Assembly (NCBI RefSeq): GCF_006345805.1
Contig: NC_043010.1
Location: 3,162,001-3,226,000, forward strand
Direction: 5' to 3'
From: Octopus sinensis
Taxonomy: Eukaryota
Length of the DNA: 64,000 nt
The position numbers and the translations under genes were made by a program. Below, piece by piece: positions 26,176-41,336 of the stretch (position 1 is its first letter; each line of letters begins with the position of its first letter). The notes beneath the pieces are model-generated. The model had not been told where the DNA came from, searched no databases, and saw only the letters and a list, made by a program, of their open reading frames with translations.

Positions 26176-28611
26176 CCTTGAGTCAGCTGTTCTGTTTTGG
26201 ACTTGAATATGAGGTGAAGATCCTTTCCAACTCTGTCCTGGATTGTAATCAGGTTGACAAACGTGTCTAATAAGATTTGATTGAGTATTTCTTGCTTGTT
26301 GTTTTGGATCTGATAAGATTGCAACAGGAACATCATATTTTGGAGAGTCTTGTTCACAAACGTATCCTGATGGTCTTCTCTCACCAACAAAGTCTTGGGG
26401 AGCACCATAATGGTTTTCTTTTTGATTTCTTTTATGTATTATACATACAATTACAGAAACTACAATAGCCACAGAAACTATCACTGCAGCCACTACTATA
26501 ATAATCATCAAGTTAATATGTATTCTGTTGTCTGATTCTGTGTCTTCAGCTGTGTACATTTTGGCTGTTGTATTGCTAACAGTTAGTGTCAAAGACAGTG
26601 TGGTGGTTGCTGATAAAACTGGAGTACCACCATCTTTGACTGCTAATTTTAGATTATATGATCCAGCATCATTTTGGTAAACTGTACGAGAGAATGACAA
26701 AACTCCTGTGTAAGGGTTAACTGTAAATAACTGTTTGTTATTGCCTCCAAGTATTTCATACCTGAGGAAGGAATTTACATGACTGTCTCTATCAGAAGCT
26801 CTTAATGTTGTGATGTCACTGTTACTCTGCGGATGGTAATGGACATCTAAAGTGAAAGGGTTAACACTAGGGAAAGTAAAATAGGGAGCATTATCATTTT
26901 TATCCATAACTTCAACAACAACATTTGCTGTGTTGTTAAGAGATGGTGTACCATTGTCTCTTACTAATACTTTAAATTTGTAAACATCTTGTCGCTCTCT
27001 ATCTAAAGACTGAGTTGCTGAAATAAATCCAAAATCAGAAATTTTAAATGGTAAAATAATTCCTCTTTCATTAAATAAAGAAAAACTCAGCTGACCTCCT
27101 AACCCCAGATCTTCATCTGTAGCATTAACAAAACCTACAGGAAAATTTTGCTCTTCATTTTCATATGTTAAAAATTTGAAAGTATCTTTGGTAAATTGAG
27201 GCTGTATATCATTGACATCTTTCACTTGGATGGAAAATTTTCTCTCAGTTCTTAAAGGGGGAGATCCTTTGTCTTCACAAATTATTGTGCTTTCAATGCT
27301 ACTTTCAGTTTCTCTGTTGATTAAATTCTTCACAACAATTTTGTATTTGTTTTTTCCAAGGCTTCTTAGCTGAAGTTTTTCATGCTGAAGGTCACATGAT
27401 ACTTCACTGTTTCTACCAATATCTTCATCGGAGACTTTAACAAATGCAATGAATCCTCCAACTTTGATTGCTTCAGACACCATTGCATTATTTTCTTTAG
27501 AGCGAGAAATAAAGTTCATGTCTATGACAGGGGCATTGTTCTGTTGGTTGATGACATAGACTAGAACAATGGCAGTGGAACTCAAAGGAGGATTTCCTCC
27601 ATCAGTAGCTTCAACAAACAACTTGTAAACCTTTTTGGCTCTTTGCAGGAGACTCTTTTGCAAAAATATTTCGCCAGTGGCCTCGTTTATTTTAAAATAA
27701 ATTTGGTCGTTTTTTGATGTCTTAGAACCGAAATGATAAGAGACATTTCCATTCTGATCAATGTCTAAATCATTGGCAGTTAAATGTACAATAGGTATAT
27801 TTTTCTGATGATTACTATTTATAGAAACATTGTAAATATTTTGGTTAAAGAGTGGAGAGTTATCATTTTCATCTTCAATCAATATCTTCACATTTAGAAA
27901 ACTACTCTTTGGTGGCAATCCTTCATCTTCAGCGATAAGCTGAAGAACATAATTATCTTTTGTCTCTCGATCAACACCTTGTTCTAAAACAATTCCAAGT
28001 TTAGCACTACCATCCACTTTTTTAACAATCGATAGAATAAATGGTTCATTTCCTTGTTTTTTTAACTGATATTTGATCTGGGAATTTAGAACACCCACAT
28101 CCCTGTCAATAGCATTTTGAATTGGTTTGCTTGTCCCTTTCTTATCAGCTTCAGAAAAATGAAGAACTATCTCTCTTGTGGGAAATTCAGGATAGTTATC
28201 ATTAACATCTTCGATTATGATTTTCATTTCAAGTATTTTGATGAAAGCAAGCTGGTTCTGTACAGCAATGTCCACCATTTCAAAACATGGAGTGTTGTAT
28301 TTACATAGTGACTCTGCATCTAATTTTTGAGCTGTATAGATTTCACCTGATTTGCTGATATTGAACAACTGGGAATTGCTGTCAGACTGCTTCTGGTGAA
28401 GCTGACTGAACCAAATTGCACTACGGTCTTTTACGGTAATTTTATCCAAGAGGTTTGTATCTGTAGCGAGGTCACCAACATAAATGCCTGGCCTCTGAGC
28501 CTCTTTAACACGGTATGACAAATCAAACCCATAAGACATAGTATTTAGTAGGAGGGCAACATATATTTTCACTAACATTTCTTTCTGTTGTAAAGGCATT
28601 GAATCAATCAT
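26173..28611 (-). CDS. Pcdh: Protocadherin (coleoid type, 6 EC repeats), large coding exon: signal peptide, EC1-EC6, TM, proximal cytoplasmic tail
   Basis: The 837-aa ORF 26098-28611 has cadherin linker motifs DVNDNYPEF, DENDNSPLF, NQQNNAPVI, DVNDIQPQF and DKNDNAPYF, plus LDAE/VDRE/LDRE, DxD and an EC1 C-x5-C (CKYNTPC). TM is INLMIIIVVAAVIVSVAIVVSVIVCII. A consensus donor CAG|GTGAGT follows codon 813 (exon ends 26173, phase 0). Without splicing the frame runs 24 more codons to TGA at 26098. A second Met at 28578 (MLVKIYVALLL) may be the real start. Confidence 0.97.
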
Positions 28612-28639
28612 TCATAAACAGGAATTACACTGAATTAAT

Positions 28640-28660
28640 CTGAAATAGAAAGAAAACTTC
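28640..28660 (-). promoter_or_regulatory. Splice acceptor preceding the protocadherin ATG (implies an upstream non-coding leader exon)
   Basis: Minus strand reads gttttctttctatttcAG|attaattcagtgtaattcctgtttatgaATG. The AG is at 28641-28640, 28 nt before the ATG. Confidence 0.75.
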
Positions 28661-29027
28661 TTTAAGGCTAAACTGCAATTTTCTGTGACAATCTATGTTT
28701 GGTCAATTACTAGACACAATGATAGTTCTGCATCTGTTTGCATTGATAATTTCTCTTCTATTCACAATTGCTATTTGTTAAACCAATATGATGGTAAAAT
28801 TAAACCATTCTTAGTTGTCTTCTGTATACACTGTTTCCTCAGGAATCTCCAGAGTACCATCTGATTTTGATGGCACTGAAATCACAAGCTTAGCAATGGA
28901 CTTTATCTGATCCTGTCAGGGCTGTGTTATGTTAATTTATTCCTACAGTGATGTGTTTTCAGATTCTTTAATCTACGTTCTCCCTGCTTGTTTCTGATGC
29001 TTCTCAAGGGAACCAGAACAAAGTGTA

Positions 29028-29029
<2 letters not shown>

Positions 29030-29065
<36 letters not shown>

Positions 29066-29444
29066 CAAACACACACACACACACATTCACAAAAGCTAAC
29101 ACAGGTTCATAACACACTTAAAGATAGATACATACACATTAAATACATTTATACACATACATACTCATACACACACACACGTCCACTTCAATATATATTT
29201 ATATATATATATACAAAATCACAAACACATATGTACATAGCACACAAATATATTGACTTCCATACAGACAAAGAAATAAATGTGGACACATAAACACACC
29301 CACATAACCACACACACACAGTCACAGATTTATTTAAGCAGATTCATAGACATTCACAGACACACAAAATTACATACATACTTGTAGACAGACTAACTCA
29401 CACTGTCATACACATTCATACATATGTGTGTGTATCTACGTATG

Positions 29445-29532
<88 letters not shown>

Positions 29533-29586
29533 GTATCCTTTCTCTATCTTCTCTACTCTGCCTTCTACTGTCTCGTTCTTCTTATC

Positions 29587-29625
<39 letters not shown>

Positions 29626-31390
29626 TGACTTCTTGCTCTTATATATGTCACAACCTCAACTAACAGCATACACATACACACATATTCATGAACACACACA
29701 CACACATACACACACACATACACACACACATACACACACATACACACTCATATATACAAATATATATATGTGTGTGTGTATGTATAAAAATACACACGCA
29801 CACATACACACATACACACACATACACACTCATATATACAAATATATATATGTGTGTGTATGTATAAAAATACACACACACTCACACACACACACATATA
29901 ACCACACATAATTCCTCTCTTCCATTCACATGCATGCATCGAATATTTCCATTTTTATTCACTGCAACATTCGTTTTGTTTTTTAAGTTATATATTCACA
30001 CACACACACACACACACAACACACACACACACACACACACACAACACACACACACAGATGTTACTCTGTACGTTCTTCTCTCTCTTAGTCAGTCTTCCTC
30101 TCTCTCTCTCTTTCTCTGTCACTTTGTTTCTTTCTTTCTTTCCATCACTCCTTCAGTCTTTCTCATTTTCTCTCTCTTCCTGTCTTACACACACACACTC
30201 TTTCTCTATCTCCCTCTTTCTCTCTTCCCCTTCTATCTCTTTCCTCTCTCTTTCTCTTACTTTCAATTTCACACACTTTCTCTTACACCCTATTTCTCTC
30301 TCTCTCTCTCTCTGTCTCTGTCTGTCTCTCTCTCTCTCTCACTCTCTGTATCTCTCTGTATCTCTCTCTGTCTCTGTCTCTCTGTCTCTCTCTCTCTCTC
30401 TCTCTTGTACTCTTTCTACACTTTTAAACATTTTTTTCTCCTTTGTTATCTTTTTACAACCTGAAGCAGGTTTTCCTCACAGTTTATTGTTGATGGAGAA
30501 GGTAATACTATATAATTACCTAAAAGTTTTTGAATATTGACAAAATACCTTAGAGAATTTTTCACAGATAACAATTGCTTGTGTTCTTCAATTTCTATCT
30601 TTATCTTTACATTTAAAAAAAAATTCATTTCTTTTTTTATTTCAAACTTTAATTTATTTATATTTTCCTTTTTTCTTCTCATTTTACTTCGTTTTGCTCA
30701 CAGATTTTTCTTTCCTCTCTTGTCTTCTCCCTCGTCCTCTCCCTCTCTCTCTCTCTCTCGTTTTCTCTCTCTCTCTCTCTCTCTCGTTTTCTTTCTCTCA
30801 CTCTCTCTTCTAACTTGTTTGGTTTGATTTAAACAGTTTCATCATTTGAATTTCAAAAAAAAGTAATAATAATAATAATAATAACAATAATAATAACAAC
30901 AACAGCAACCCCAAAATATATTAAAAAAATTGTTTAGATATATAAATAAATAGAAAAAGAAACCAAACACCAACAGCAACCACAACAACAATAATGATAA
31001 TACTAAATAAATAAAGAAAAATAAAGAAAAATAAAGAAAAAGTGAAAATTAAGTTCCTTTATTATTTTATATATTCTTCTTTCTTGAAAATGTCTTTTTA
31101 CTTGTGATTTAGTAGAGGGAAAATAGGAAACACACACACACACACAGACGTGTTTACATATACATGCATGCATACATACATACATACATACATACATACA
31201 TACATACATACACACATACATACATACATATGTATAAATATATATATATTCATATATATATATATATATATATAACTGATTGAAAAAGTTAAGTATTAAA
31301 TAATTATTTCTGTGAAACATTCCTCAACTATTTGTGTGTGTGTATATGTATGTGTGCATGCATATGTGTGTGTGTGTGTGAGTGTATTTT
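29030..31390. repeat. CA/TA/CT/TACA microsatellite mosaic upstream of the protocadherin exon
   Basis: Directly visible simple repeats. Confidence 0.9.
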
Positions 31391-31979
31391 TCCCTTTCAC
31401 CAATTTTTTTTGTCTTTAAAATTTTTTCCTGCTTTTCTTTATTCTTTTTTTCTTCTTATTTTTAATGTGAAAATGTTGAACACATTTTTGAAAAACACAC
31501 ACGGAAAAATGACTACCACCACCCCCCCCCCCTTCTCTCCACCACTTCCCTACCCCACTACCTACACTCTGTAAAAAATACATTATTTCTCTTTACTGTT
31601 AGAAATGACTCCATCTTCAAAACACTTTGCGAATAAAACTATTTGAAGAGATTGAAATAACGTCAAAAGACTTTGTAGTAACAGTTCCATTTCAATGGTA
31701 TTGTTGCTCTTGAAAATTATTTCCAAAACTAGTGCTGTACAAGAACACAATGGATGGAAAAAATTTTTTTTTTTTTTTTTTGTTGTTGTTGTTGTTGTTG
31801 TATGTGCCAGTGAAAAAAAAAAAAAAACCCCCCCCCAAAAAAAAAAACGATGGTTGGTCTGTCTGTGTGATTTGTGAAGAAGACAATTATGGATAATGTG
31901 GTTAAAACCAAAGTGATATTGTGTATCCATTTGTTCATTCCTGCTTGCTATGAATAGACATCTTTGATATCAAGCTAGA

Positions 31980-32243
31980 AAGAGGATAATTTTATCATCA
32001 TTATCATGATCCTCGCCATCGTCTGTGCTGTTGTCATCTTCTTCTCCATCATCATCATCAATCATCATCATCATCATCATCATCACCATCATTATCATCA
32101 TCATCATCAGCAGCAACAACAGCAGTAAAAACTGCAACTCTTTTGTAGTTGTTGTAATTATTGTTGTTGTTCTAGTTCTTGTTAATATATATTTTCTTTG
32201 TTGTTTTTTTCCATATATGTCATGATTGTTATTACTGCTGTTC

Positions 32244-32297
<54 letters not shown>

Positions 32298-32663
32298 GTT
32301 GGTGGTGTTGTTATTGTTGTTGTTGTTACTATATATTTTCTTTGTTGTCTTTTTTCCATATTCGTTGTTGTTGTTGCTGCTGCTGTTGCTGATGACAACA
32401 ATGATAATGATGATGGCTGCTGTCCATTGCAGCTACAATGATGATAATGATGCTGCTGCTTATTGATAATGATGATGATTAAGATCATGCGTGTGTTGGT
32501 GGTGGTGAGGGTAGATAATGCAGATAATGGTGATAATGATTATGACCTAGAAGATTATGATGAGAATACTGATGATGAAGAGCATCACTGCCATCATCAT
32601 CATCATTGTCATCATCATCATCATTGTCATCAGCATCATCTTCATCATTATTATTATCACTGC

Positions 32664-32703
<40 letters not shown>

Positions 32704-32868
32704 TTCATCCTCAATATAGTCATCATCATTATCATGATCATTCCCATGATGATCATCATCTTTTTCATCATCATTTCATCATCTTGATCTTTATCATCCT
32801 CCTTTTTGATCATCACCATCATTATCATCACTCTTATCGTCATCGTCATTTTCATCATCTTCATCATC

Positions 32869-32920
<52 letters not shown>

Positions 32921-33904
32921 CAATCATCATCATCATCATCATCCTCACCATCATCACCATCATCATCATCACCATCATCATCATCACCATCATCATCACT
33001 ACCACAACCATCACCATCATCATCATCATCATCATCATCATGATCTATATCATCATCATCATGCTTCCCCCTGGCATTGCAATACAACTATAACAATAAC
33101 AATAACAAAAGAAATGAAAAGATACCACTAGCAAAGACCACTGACACCATTTTCAACATCACCACCACTACCACTACCACCACCACTACCATACCAATAC
33201 TACCACTTTGAGTTCCATCGTTACCACTACTACCACCGAGATCATCACTAGCACTTCCACAGACACAACCACCACCACCACCACCACCACCACCACCACT
33301 AACAAGGCTACTTTCAACAACAACAACAACATCAACATCAGTAACAACAACAATAGCAACAACATCAACAGAAACCTTATGAGACATTCCAATGTGTCAG
33401 TGTTGGTTTTGCCCTCAGAGAAAGAAAAGGCTTGTGATATTTATGGATGATAGAGGAAAAAAACACACACAAAAGAAAAAAAACAAAACAAAAGCAATAC
33501 GAAAAAGAAGAAAGACTGTAAAAAAGAGGAAAACGGAGAACTTCAAATTTCAAGAGATTTGAAACGAAATAGGAAAGACCCATTTTCATTGAAAGACGAT
33601 CTCTTTTATAAAAAGGAAATAAATAAACCAACAAACATATATAAATATATAAATATATATTTAGAAGAAAAGTAAATATAAATTAACAAAATTGTTATTC
33701 TGATCGCTATTATTATTATCATTATTATCATTATTATTATTATTATTATTATCATTATTATTATTATTATTATCATTATTATTATTATATCATTATTATT
33801 ATTATTATTATATTATTATTATTATTATTATTATTATTATCATTATATTATCATTATTATTATTATTATTATCATTATTATCATTATTATCATTATTATT
33901 ATTA

Positions 33905-33964
<60 letters not shown>

Positions 33965-33965
33965 T

Positions 33966-34010
<45 letters not shown>

Positions 34011-34035
34011 GCTGTTGTTGCTGTTGTTGTTATTA

Positions 34036-34069
<34 letters not shown>

Positions 34070-34077
34070 CATTATTA

Positions 34078-34108
<31 letters not shown>

Positions 34109-34154
34109 ATTATTATTATTATTATTATTATTATTATCATTATCATCATTATTA

Positions 34155-34215
<61 letters not shown>

Positions 34216-34251
34216 CGCTATCATCATCACTGTCATCATTGCCATCATCAT

Positions 34252-34285
<34 letters not shown>

Positions 34286-34345
34286 GTCATTGTCGTCGTC
34301 ATTGTTGTTGTTGTTGTTGTTGTTAGTATTATTATCAATATTAAC
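31980..34345. repeat. Dense field of trinucleotide repeats (ATC, ATT, GTT, ACC, AAC)
   Basis: (CAT)n at 32580-33065 and (ATT)n at 33708-34215, among others. Confidence 0.95.
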
Positions 34346-34799
34346 ATTACTAATAATATTTGGAAATTTGACTATATTTTCCTTGGTTTACAAGGCAACA
34401 TATGATATGAGAAAACACTCAGAAATAGTAATATTATGCTAAGATAAAAATCAATTTGTCCATTTTTATAAATATCTTCTAAGCCAAAAATTTTTCTGGG
34501 TTTTGTAGTAGTTATTGTTTATATTTAGTTTATTCTGTTGTTGCTATGTTTTGCTTTTGTTTGTTTGTTGTTATTTTTTGTTATTTAAGTCGTTTTTTTT
34601 TTTTAGAAGATTTTATTTCAGAACATGACACGTGCACACACACACGCAAGCGTACTTATGCATTTAAGCATGCATAAAAATGCACAGACACACATAAGCA
34701 TGCTTACAAATTTAAATACTGATATATGTAAATATATAAACACACACACACACGTATACGTATATATATATACATATATATAAATATTGTAAATATATA

Positions 34800-34838
<39 letters not shown>

Positions 34839-36003
34839 TATAGGTGTAGGTGTGGCTGTGTGGTGAGAAGCTTGCTTCCCAACCACATGGTTGTGGGTTC
34901 AGTCCCACTGTGTAACACCTGGATCAATTGTCTTCTACTGTACTTACAGGCTGACCAAAGCTTTGTGAGTGGGTTTGATAGATGGAAACTGAAAGTAGCC
35001 CATCATATATGTGTGTGTTTTTCCACCACCACTGCTTGATGACCAGTGTTGGTGTGTTTACATCCCTGTAACAGCAGTTCAGCAAAAGACACTGATGGAG
35101 AAAGTACCAAGATTATAAACAAAAAGTAACTACTGGCATCGGTTCATCCAACTAAAAATTCTTCAAGGCAGTGCCCCAGCATGGCTTTAATCTGACACAC
35201 AGAGCATGTGCACAGAGTGTGCACACACACACACGCAGAGTATATTTGTACACTCTGCTGAAAATGAATACCAAAAGCAACAAGGGTTTAATTTTGAGAT
35301 GCAGTGGACTGATGTTCCATCCATAAAGAGGAAGTCTTCTAATCTAATTCACTTTAAGAACCCCAGAAACAAGGATGATCAACTCTAACATAATAATCCT
35401 GTAGGCTCCAAGCATACTTTATCATTTTTTAATACACACACACATATACAGATAGATAGATATACCTTTTATCTTTTACTTGTTTAGTCATTATACTGTA
35501 GCCATGTTGGGGCACTGTCTGGAAGAATTTTAGTTGAATAAATCGACCCCAACACTTATTTTTTTTGTTTCAACTTCTGGTACTTATTCTATCAGTATTT
35601 TTTGCCAAACCTCTAGGTTACAAGGATGTAAACACACAACCATCAGTTGTTAAGTGATGATGAGAGACAAACACTCACACACACACACACGCACACATGT
35701 ATATATGTATATGTATATATATATATATGAATGTATGTATGTATGTATGTATGTATGTATATATGTATGTATATATATGAAGGGCTTCCTTCAATTTCCA
35801 GCTACTAAATCCACTCACAAGGCTTTCGTTAGCCCAAAGCTACAGTAGAAAACACTTACCCAAGGTGCCATGCAGTTGGATTGAACTCAGAACCATGTGG
35901 TTGGGAAGCAAGCTTCTTACCACACAGCCATGCCTTTATATATATATATAAATGGCGGTGCCCCAGCATGGCCACAGCTCATGAGCTGAAACTGGAATCA
36001 ATC

Positions 36004-36034
<31 letters not shown>

Positions 36035-36284
36035 ATATATATATGTATATGTATATGTATATATACGAATAATAGGATTCTTTCAGTTTCTGTCCACCAA
36101 ATCCACTCTCAAGGCTTTGGTTGGCCTGAGGCAATAGTAGAAGATACTTGCCCAAGGTGCCACACAGTGGGACTGAACCTGGGACCATGTGGTTCAGAAG
36201 CAGGATTCTTACCACACAGACATACCTTTATATATATATATATACATACACACACACACGCACACCCACACACATGTATCATCT

Positions 36285-37260
36285 TCATCTTCAACATCAC
36301 TTAACATCTGTTTCTCTTGTGCTTGCATAGGCTAGACAGGTCTTCTTTACAAAAGCAACTTATTAACTTATTACCCATTGCATTCGCTCTTGCCATGACT
36401 TCTTCCTCAGGTTCAACTTCCTGAAAGCCTTCACCAAATCTTCCTTTATCATCCTCTGTCTTCCTTGGGTTCCTTTCACTGGAATCATTTACCACTTCTT
36501 TGCCCAGCTATTATTTCCATATGCATCACATCTCCATACATGTACCATTTCCTTTCCCTTGTATTTTATTGCTGATTCTTCTTATACTCACTTTTTCTCT
36601 CCATTCATTCATCTTCATCGTTTATTCACAGTCATTACATATACATTGCTATTTGCTGGTTTTATTTCTTTCCCATCTCCCTTCATCATTCACATCCAGT
36701 GCCTATTTTTACTACTATTTATCATAATTTGTATGCAAACATAGCACAATATATCTTTCTTCAGAGAGAGCAAGCCCACCAAATACCTTGAACCCACATA
36801 ATTTACACCCTATAACATTTCTGATAGTTCCTTTTTTGCATATCAAGCAGGACCACTTCCCAAATGTTAGTAGTGTCTCATCTTTTGTCCTGCAAATCAA
36901 GACTTTTGGCTTTTCTAAGTTTCCTTTAAAATTCTCAAATCTAAGCTTTACTGCTACAAGTGAAGTTCATTGTCTCTTCAAATAATTCAGCTTGAGACCA
37001 AAGAGATCATCATATAGAAATCCCCCAAAGCAGCCAGTGTGAAACTCCTCTGCTATGGCCCAGATTACTAAAGAGAGACCTGAGAGCTGAGCACCGTTGT
37101 ATCCTGATATGAATACTAAATTTCTCAATTAATTTGTTGCTAATTCTTACCTTGCTGTCAGTATCTCTCTAGATCATTTCTATGGCTCTCACAAACTATT
37201 TAATCTACACCTAGCTTTCATTAGTGGACATCTTCACCATATCAGAAAATACAAGGCAGC
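36285..37260 (-). mobile_element. Degenerate RTE-like LINE 3' fragment
   Basis: FGKWSCLICKKG and RNPRKT remnants on the minus strand, with a (GAT)-type tail at the left end. Confidence 0.6.
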
Positions 37261-38888
37261 TAGCTTTTTTAGTTAAATAATCATCATTATCATCATCATC
37301 ATCATCCTTGATTTCATCATCCCCATTATCATGATCGTTCCTATGATAACTGCAGTTATCTCACTAGGAAAAGTGTGCCAGTGATACCCAATCCTGGAAC
37401 AAAAACTGTATCTCATTTGAGCTATTATATTTCATAATTACTTTTAAGGTATGTGAAGCTAAGTAAAATTGCTGCATAAGTGCATCCGTGCTGGTGGCAC
37501 ATAAAAAGCAACAAGCATACACTGTAAAGTGGTTGGCACTAGGGAGGGCATCCAACTGTAGAAACCATGTCACAACAGACAACTGGAGTCTGGCCAGCTC
37601 CTGTCAAACCTATTTCTTTACTACCCACAAGGGGCTAAACACAGAGAGGACAAACAAGCACAGACACATGGATCAAGTCGATCATATCAACCCCAGTGCG
37701 TAACTGGTACTTAATTTATCGACCCCGAAAGGATGAAAGGCAAAGACGACCTCGGCGGAATTTGAACACAGAACGTAACGGCAGGTGAAATACCGCTAAG
37801 CATTTCACCCGGTGTGCTAATGTCAGCTCCTGTGAAACCATCCAACTCATGCCAGTAGGGAGAACAGACAGTAAACAATGATGATGATGATGATGAATTC
37901 TTTCCTAATATTCGTAACATAATCCACCAATTTAATACATTTGTAGTTACTGATTTCTTTAGACCACCACATTTGATCTTGTAAACAGTTGACGACATAC
38001 TGCTATGTCAGTCAATCAGTATGACACCTTGCACTGTCTGAAAAACTATGCAAGTGACTTGTGTTTGCGGAATGTTTGAAGCACCTCATCAACCGTCTCT
38101 GGGAGTGAGGTTGTTTACCTTCCTGTCATTTCCTTAAAGGCGATTTTGACCTGGAAACTGTCAACATCAATATGTTTGAATGGATTAGTCCCTTTATCTT
38201 ACAAGCATTCTCCTATTTCTAATGACTTCTCACAATAATATTTGAATGCTTCTATTTTCAGTGTCAGTGAGGGCATGCATGCCACTACCAACACGCTTCT
38301 CACTAATAAAATCATGATTTATACTGACACACTGTTGTGCCAACTGAAACACCTCACTTCTCTGATACTCACACAACACAATATTGGCAAGCTTCTTCTC
38401 TCTCCTTCTCTCCTTGATAAGAATAGATGACATCTAGCCCCACTTCCAGTGACATAACTATCACCATTGTTTCACTCTTTCCTCCCACACTTTTTTTGAC
38501 ATGTCACTTGGATTTTAGGGTTCTATCTACCATACTATACCATCTGGGATTTTACAACTGGCTGAAATCTTGCTCCAGTCAGACATCTGATCAGTGGCTT
38601 GCAACAGGTTGTTTTAGAGAAACTTCCAGTTGTTCTTTGTGATACACATCTATCTTCTTTATCTCCTTTTGGCATAAATATCATCTAGTGCTTCTTTGAA
38701 AATGGCTAAGGAATATTTCAGTTCCGTATATTCACCAGATCGTCTTATGATTCTGGGGCCATTAAGCAATTTTTAATATCACCAATAATAAGTTGATATA
38801 GAGTTGTTCGTTTTCCATTAGAGATATATACATACACATAAGCACACACATAAACAGATGCAAACCTATACACACAAATATATATATG

Positions 38889-39756
38889 CAGGGTGTGGTG
38901 AATAAACTGTCATCTAAATTATGCAAAAATGAAAATAACACTGGCATTTACCAAAATTACATAAAAATGTCTTGAAATACTAAAGAGTAAATTTAATTCA
39001 ATAAAATCGCCATTGGCATCAACCATGTCCTCCAGATGACTTCAGATTCTCCTGCAACTCTTCTGGATGGTCTCCTTGTTTAAGTTTGTGATGCTACAAT
39101 AATCCTTGCCTTCAGTTCATCTTTGGTGTTATAAGGAATTTTGGTGGTCTCTCACTCAACTGCACCCCACACATAATAATCACAGAGTTTGCTGTCTGGG
39201 GAGTTAGGTGGCCAGATGTTAGGGGTGGTGTGGTCACAGAAATTGTCTGACAGCCATGACTGGGTTCTCCTGTTTGTGTGGCATGGTGCAGATACCTGTT
39301 GCCAGACATAGGGTCTTCCAGCAACCACCCTCTTGACCAAGATCGGCACTACCTCCTCCAGGCACTTGATGTAGGCCACTGTGTTGAGTGTGAACCTGAG
39401 TGAGAAGATGAATGGAGGCATAACGTTGCCATCACTAGTTATCACTCCAAAAACCATGATGTTGACTACATGTTTGATTTTGATCACTCATGGTATATGT
39501 CCTCAGATTGCACTGCTCTCAGTTTGACACCCAAACACTGAAATGTTCGTATTGGAGCTTCCGGTATGAATACTAAGCAGTATAGTATGTCATTTCCAAA
39601 TTTCTGACAGAGTGAATTGCGTCATAGTGCTGTTTTTCTTACAGATGGTGCTCAACTGACCCTACTATACTCTGTAGTTGACAAAATCAAAAACAAACAA
39701 TGCACATGCATGAAATTAAAAAAATAAAATGGTGACAAGTTACTCATCACACCCTG
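38889..39756 (-). mobile_element. Tc1/mariner DD37D (maT-like) transposon, internally deleted and defective
   Basis: TIRs CAGGGTGTGGTGAATAAACTGTCA / CAGGGTGTGATGAGTAACTTGTCA. ORF 39152-39487 has MVFGVITSDG, WQQ(V)SAPCH and WPPNSPDSKLCDYYVW, with 37 residues between the mutated second D and the third D. Confidence 0.9.
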
Positions 39757-39925
39757 TATATATACATATATATGTGTGTAGATATATATATTTACATATA
39801 TATATATATATGCATACATATATATATATTTATATATATGTATACACTCAGACACATACATATGCATATACTCACACACATACACGCACATGCATATATG
39901 TACATAAATATATATTATATTTATA

Positions 39926-39957
<32 letters not shown>

Positions 39958-40234
39958 ATGAACTTTTTAATCCGAGGGGAAGCAATGTGAGCAGCAACTA
40001 AAGGAATATTACAAAATCCCATAGAAGATCAAACACATACATACATTCATATATTCATTTATATCTACAGAACAGATATAAAGTCTGAAGTGTATACAGC
40101 TCATTTGAGCACTACTATTCCAGTCTGTTATATATTTTGATTGTTGTTGTCACTAGCGATCTCAAGATAAAACTTTGTATTTTGTAATATATAAATAAAT
40201 GTATGTGTGTGTATGTATATATCATAAATGTAAA

Positions 40235-40554
40235 CACAGGCTAGTGGCATCAAAAACAATGGCAAGCTACTAATACAGTTCCAATTCATCGACAACGTCA
40301 TACTCATCAAAGAAAACACAGATGCCGTGCAGACTATGCTGACAGAGCTGGACATTCAGAGTTCAGCAGTTGTCCTCAAAATAAAACAGATAATTGTAAA
40401 TTACATGTGGTCTGAAAATGGAGCATAAGGCCAAATAGTTTTGGAAAGTGGAGGTGAAAAGATGGAGGAGGATTTGGTATAAACTGCAACTTATGCTGTG
40501 ATATGAATGCTGGAATCTGAGACAAAGTAAGAAGAGAGTGTATTAACCTTGATT
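40235..40554 (+). mobile_element. Degenerate RTE-like LINE RT fragment
   Basis: GIKNNGKLLIQFQFIDNVILI...QTMLTELDIQSSAVVLKI resembles the GI.ING..L..LRFADD...GLKIN region. Confidence 0.55.
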
Positions 40555-40654
40555 NNNNNNNNNNNNNNNNNNNNNNNNNNNNNNNNNNNNNNNNNNNNNN
40601 NNNNNNNNNNNNNNNNNNNNNNNNNNNNNNNNNNNNNNNNNNNNNNNNNNNNNN
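40555..40654. other. Assembly gap (100 N)
   Basis: Run of exactly 100 N, the usual placeholder for a gap of unknown size. Confidence 0.99.
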
Positions 40655-40747
40655 TATCAGCATATTGGCATAGAAATAATTTTCTTTTGCCCATGTTTAT
40701 AAGTGTATATTATATACATATATATATATATATACATTATATATATA

Positions 40748-40783
<36 letters not shown>

Positions 40784-41199
40784 GCTTACACACATATATG
40801 CATACACACAGAGACACACATGCACTCACACACACAGATATAAATCTATGTATCTATATCATATATGACAATTTATGATGGTCACAAGTTTATAATATTT
40901 TTAGATACTCTGCATTGAATGTTCCAAGTGCAATGGGATGTTTAACTGCATCAGATCATCAGGGAAAAACTTTATTGCATTTTGCTGTGGAGAACTAATG
41001 TCTGGTGTTGGATAGATGGTATGACAGTTTATGTATATTTTGATAGGGAAATAGAAAAGAGACTAAGAATATGTGTGTGAGTGCGTATATATATGTATAT
41101 ATATACATATATATACGCACTCATACATAGATGTGTGCATACATACATAGATACATATACACATATATATATACATTCACATATGTTATATATATATAT

Positions 41200-41274
<75 letters not shown>

Positions 41275-41305
41275 TATATATATATATATATACAGTATGT
41301 GAATG

Positions 41306-41336
<31 letters not shown>

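Noticed and set aside
32463-33131. 222-aa poly-His ORF and overlapping poly-Met/Asp/Ile ORFs
   Set aside because: Translation of (CAT)n repeats, open in several frames, with no splice or domain evidence.
38030-38760. Unique-looking blocks as host exons (also 6100-6330, 11905-12350, 59085-59520)
   Set aside because: Broken frames with no cadherin similarity. Probably old retroelement debris that I cannot classify by eye.
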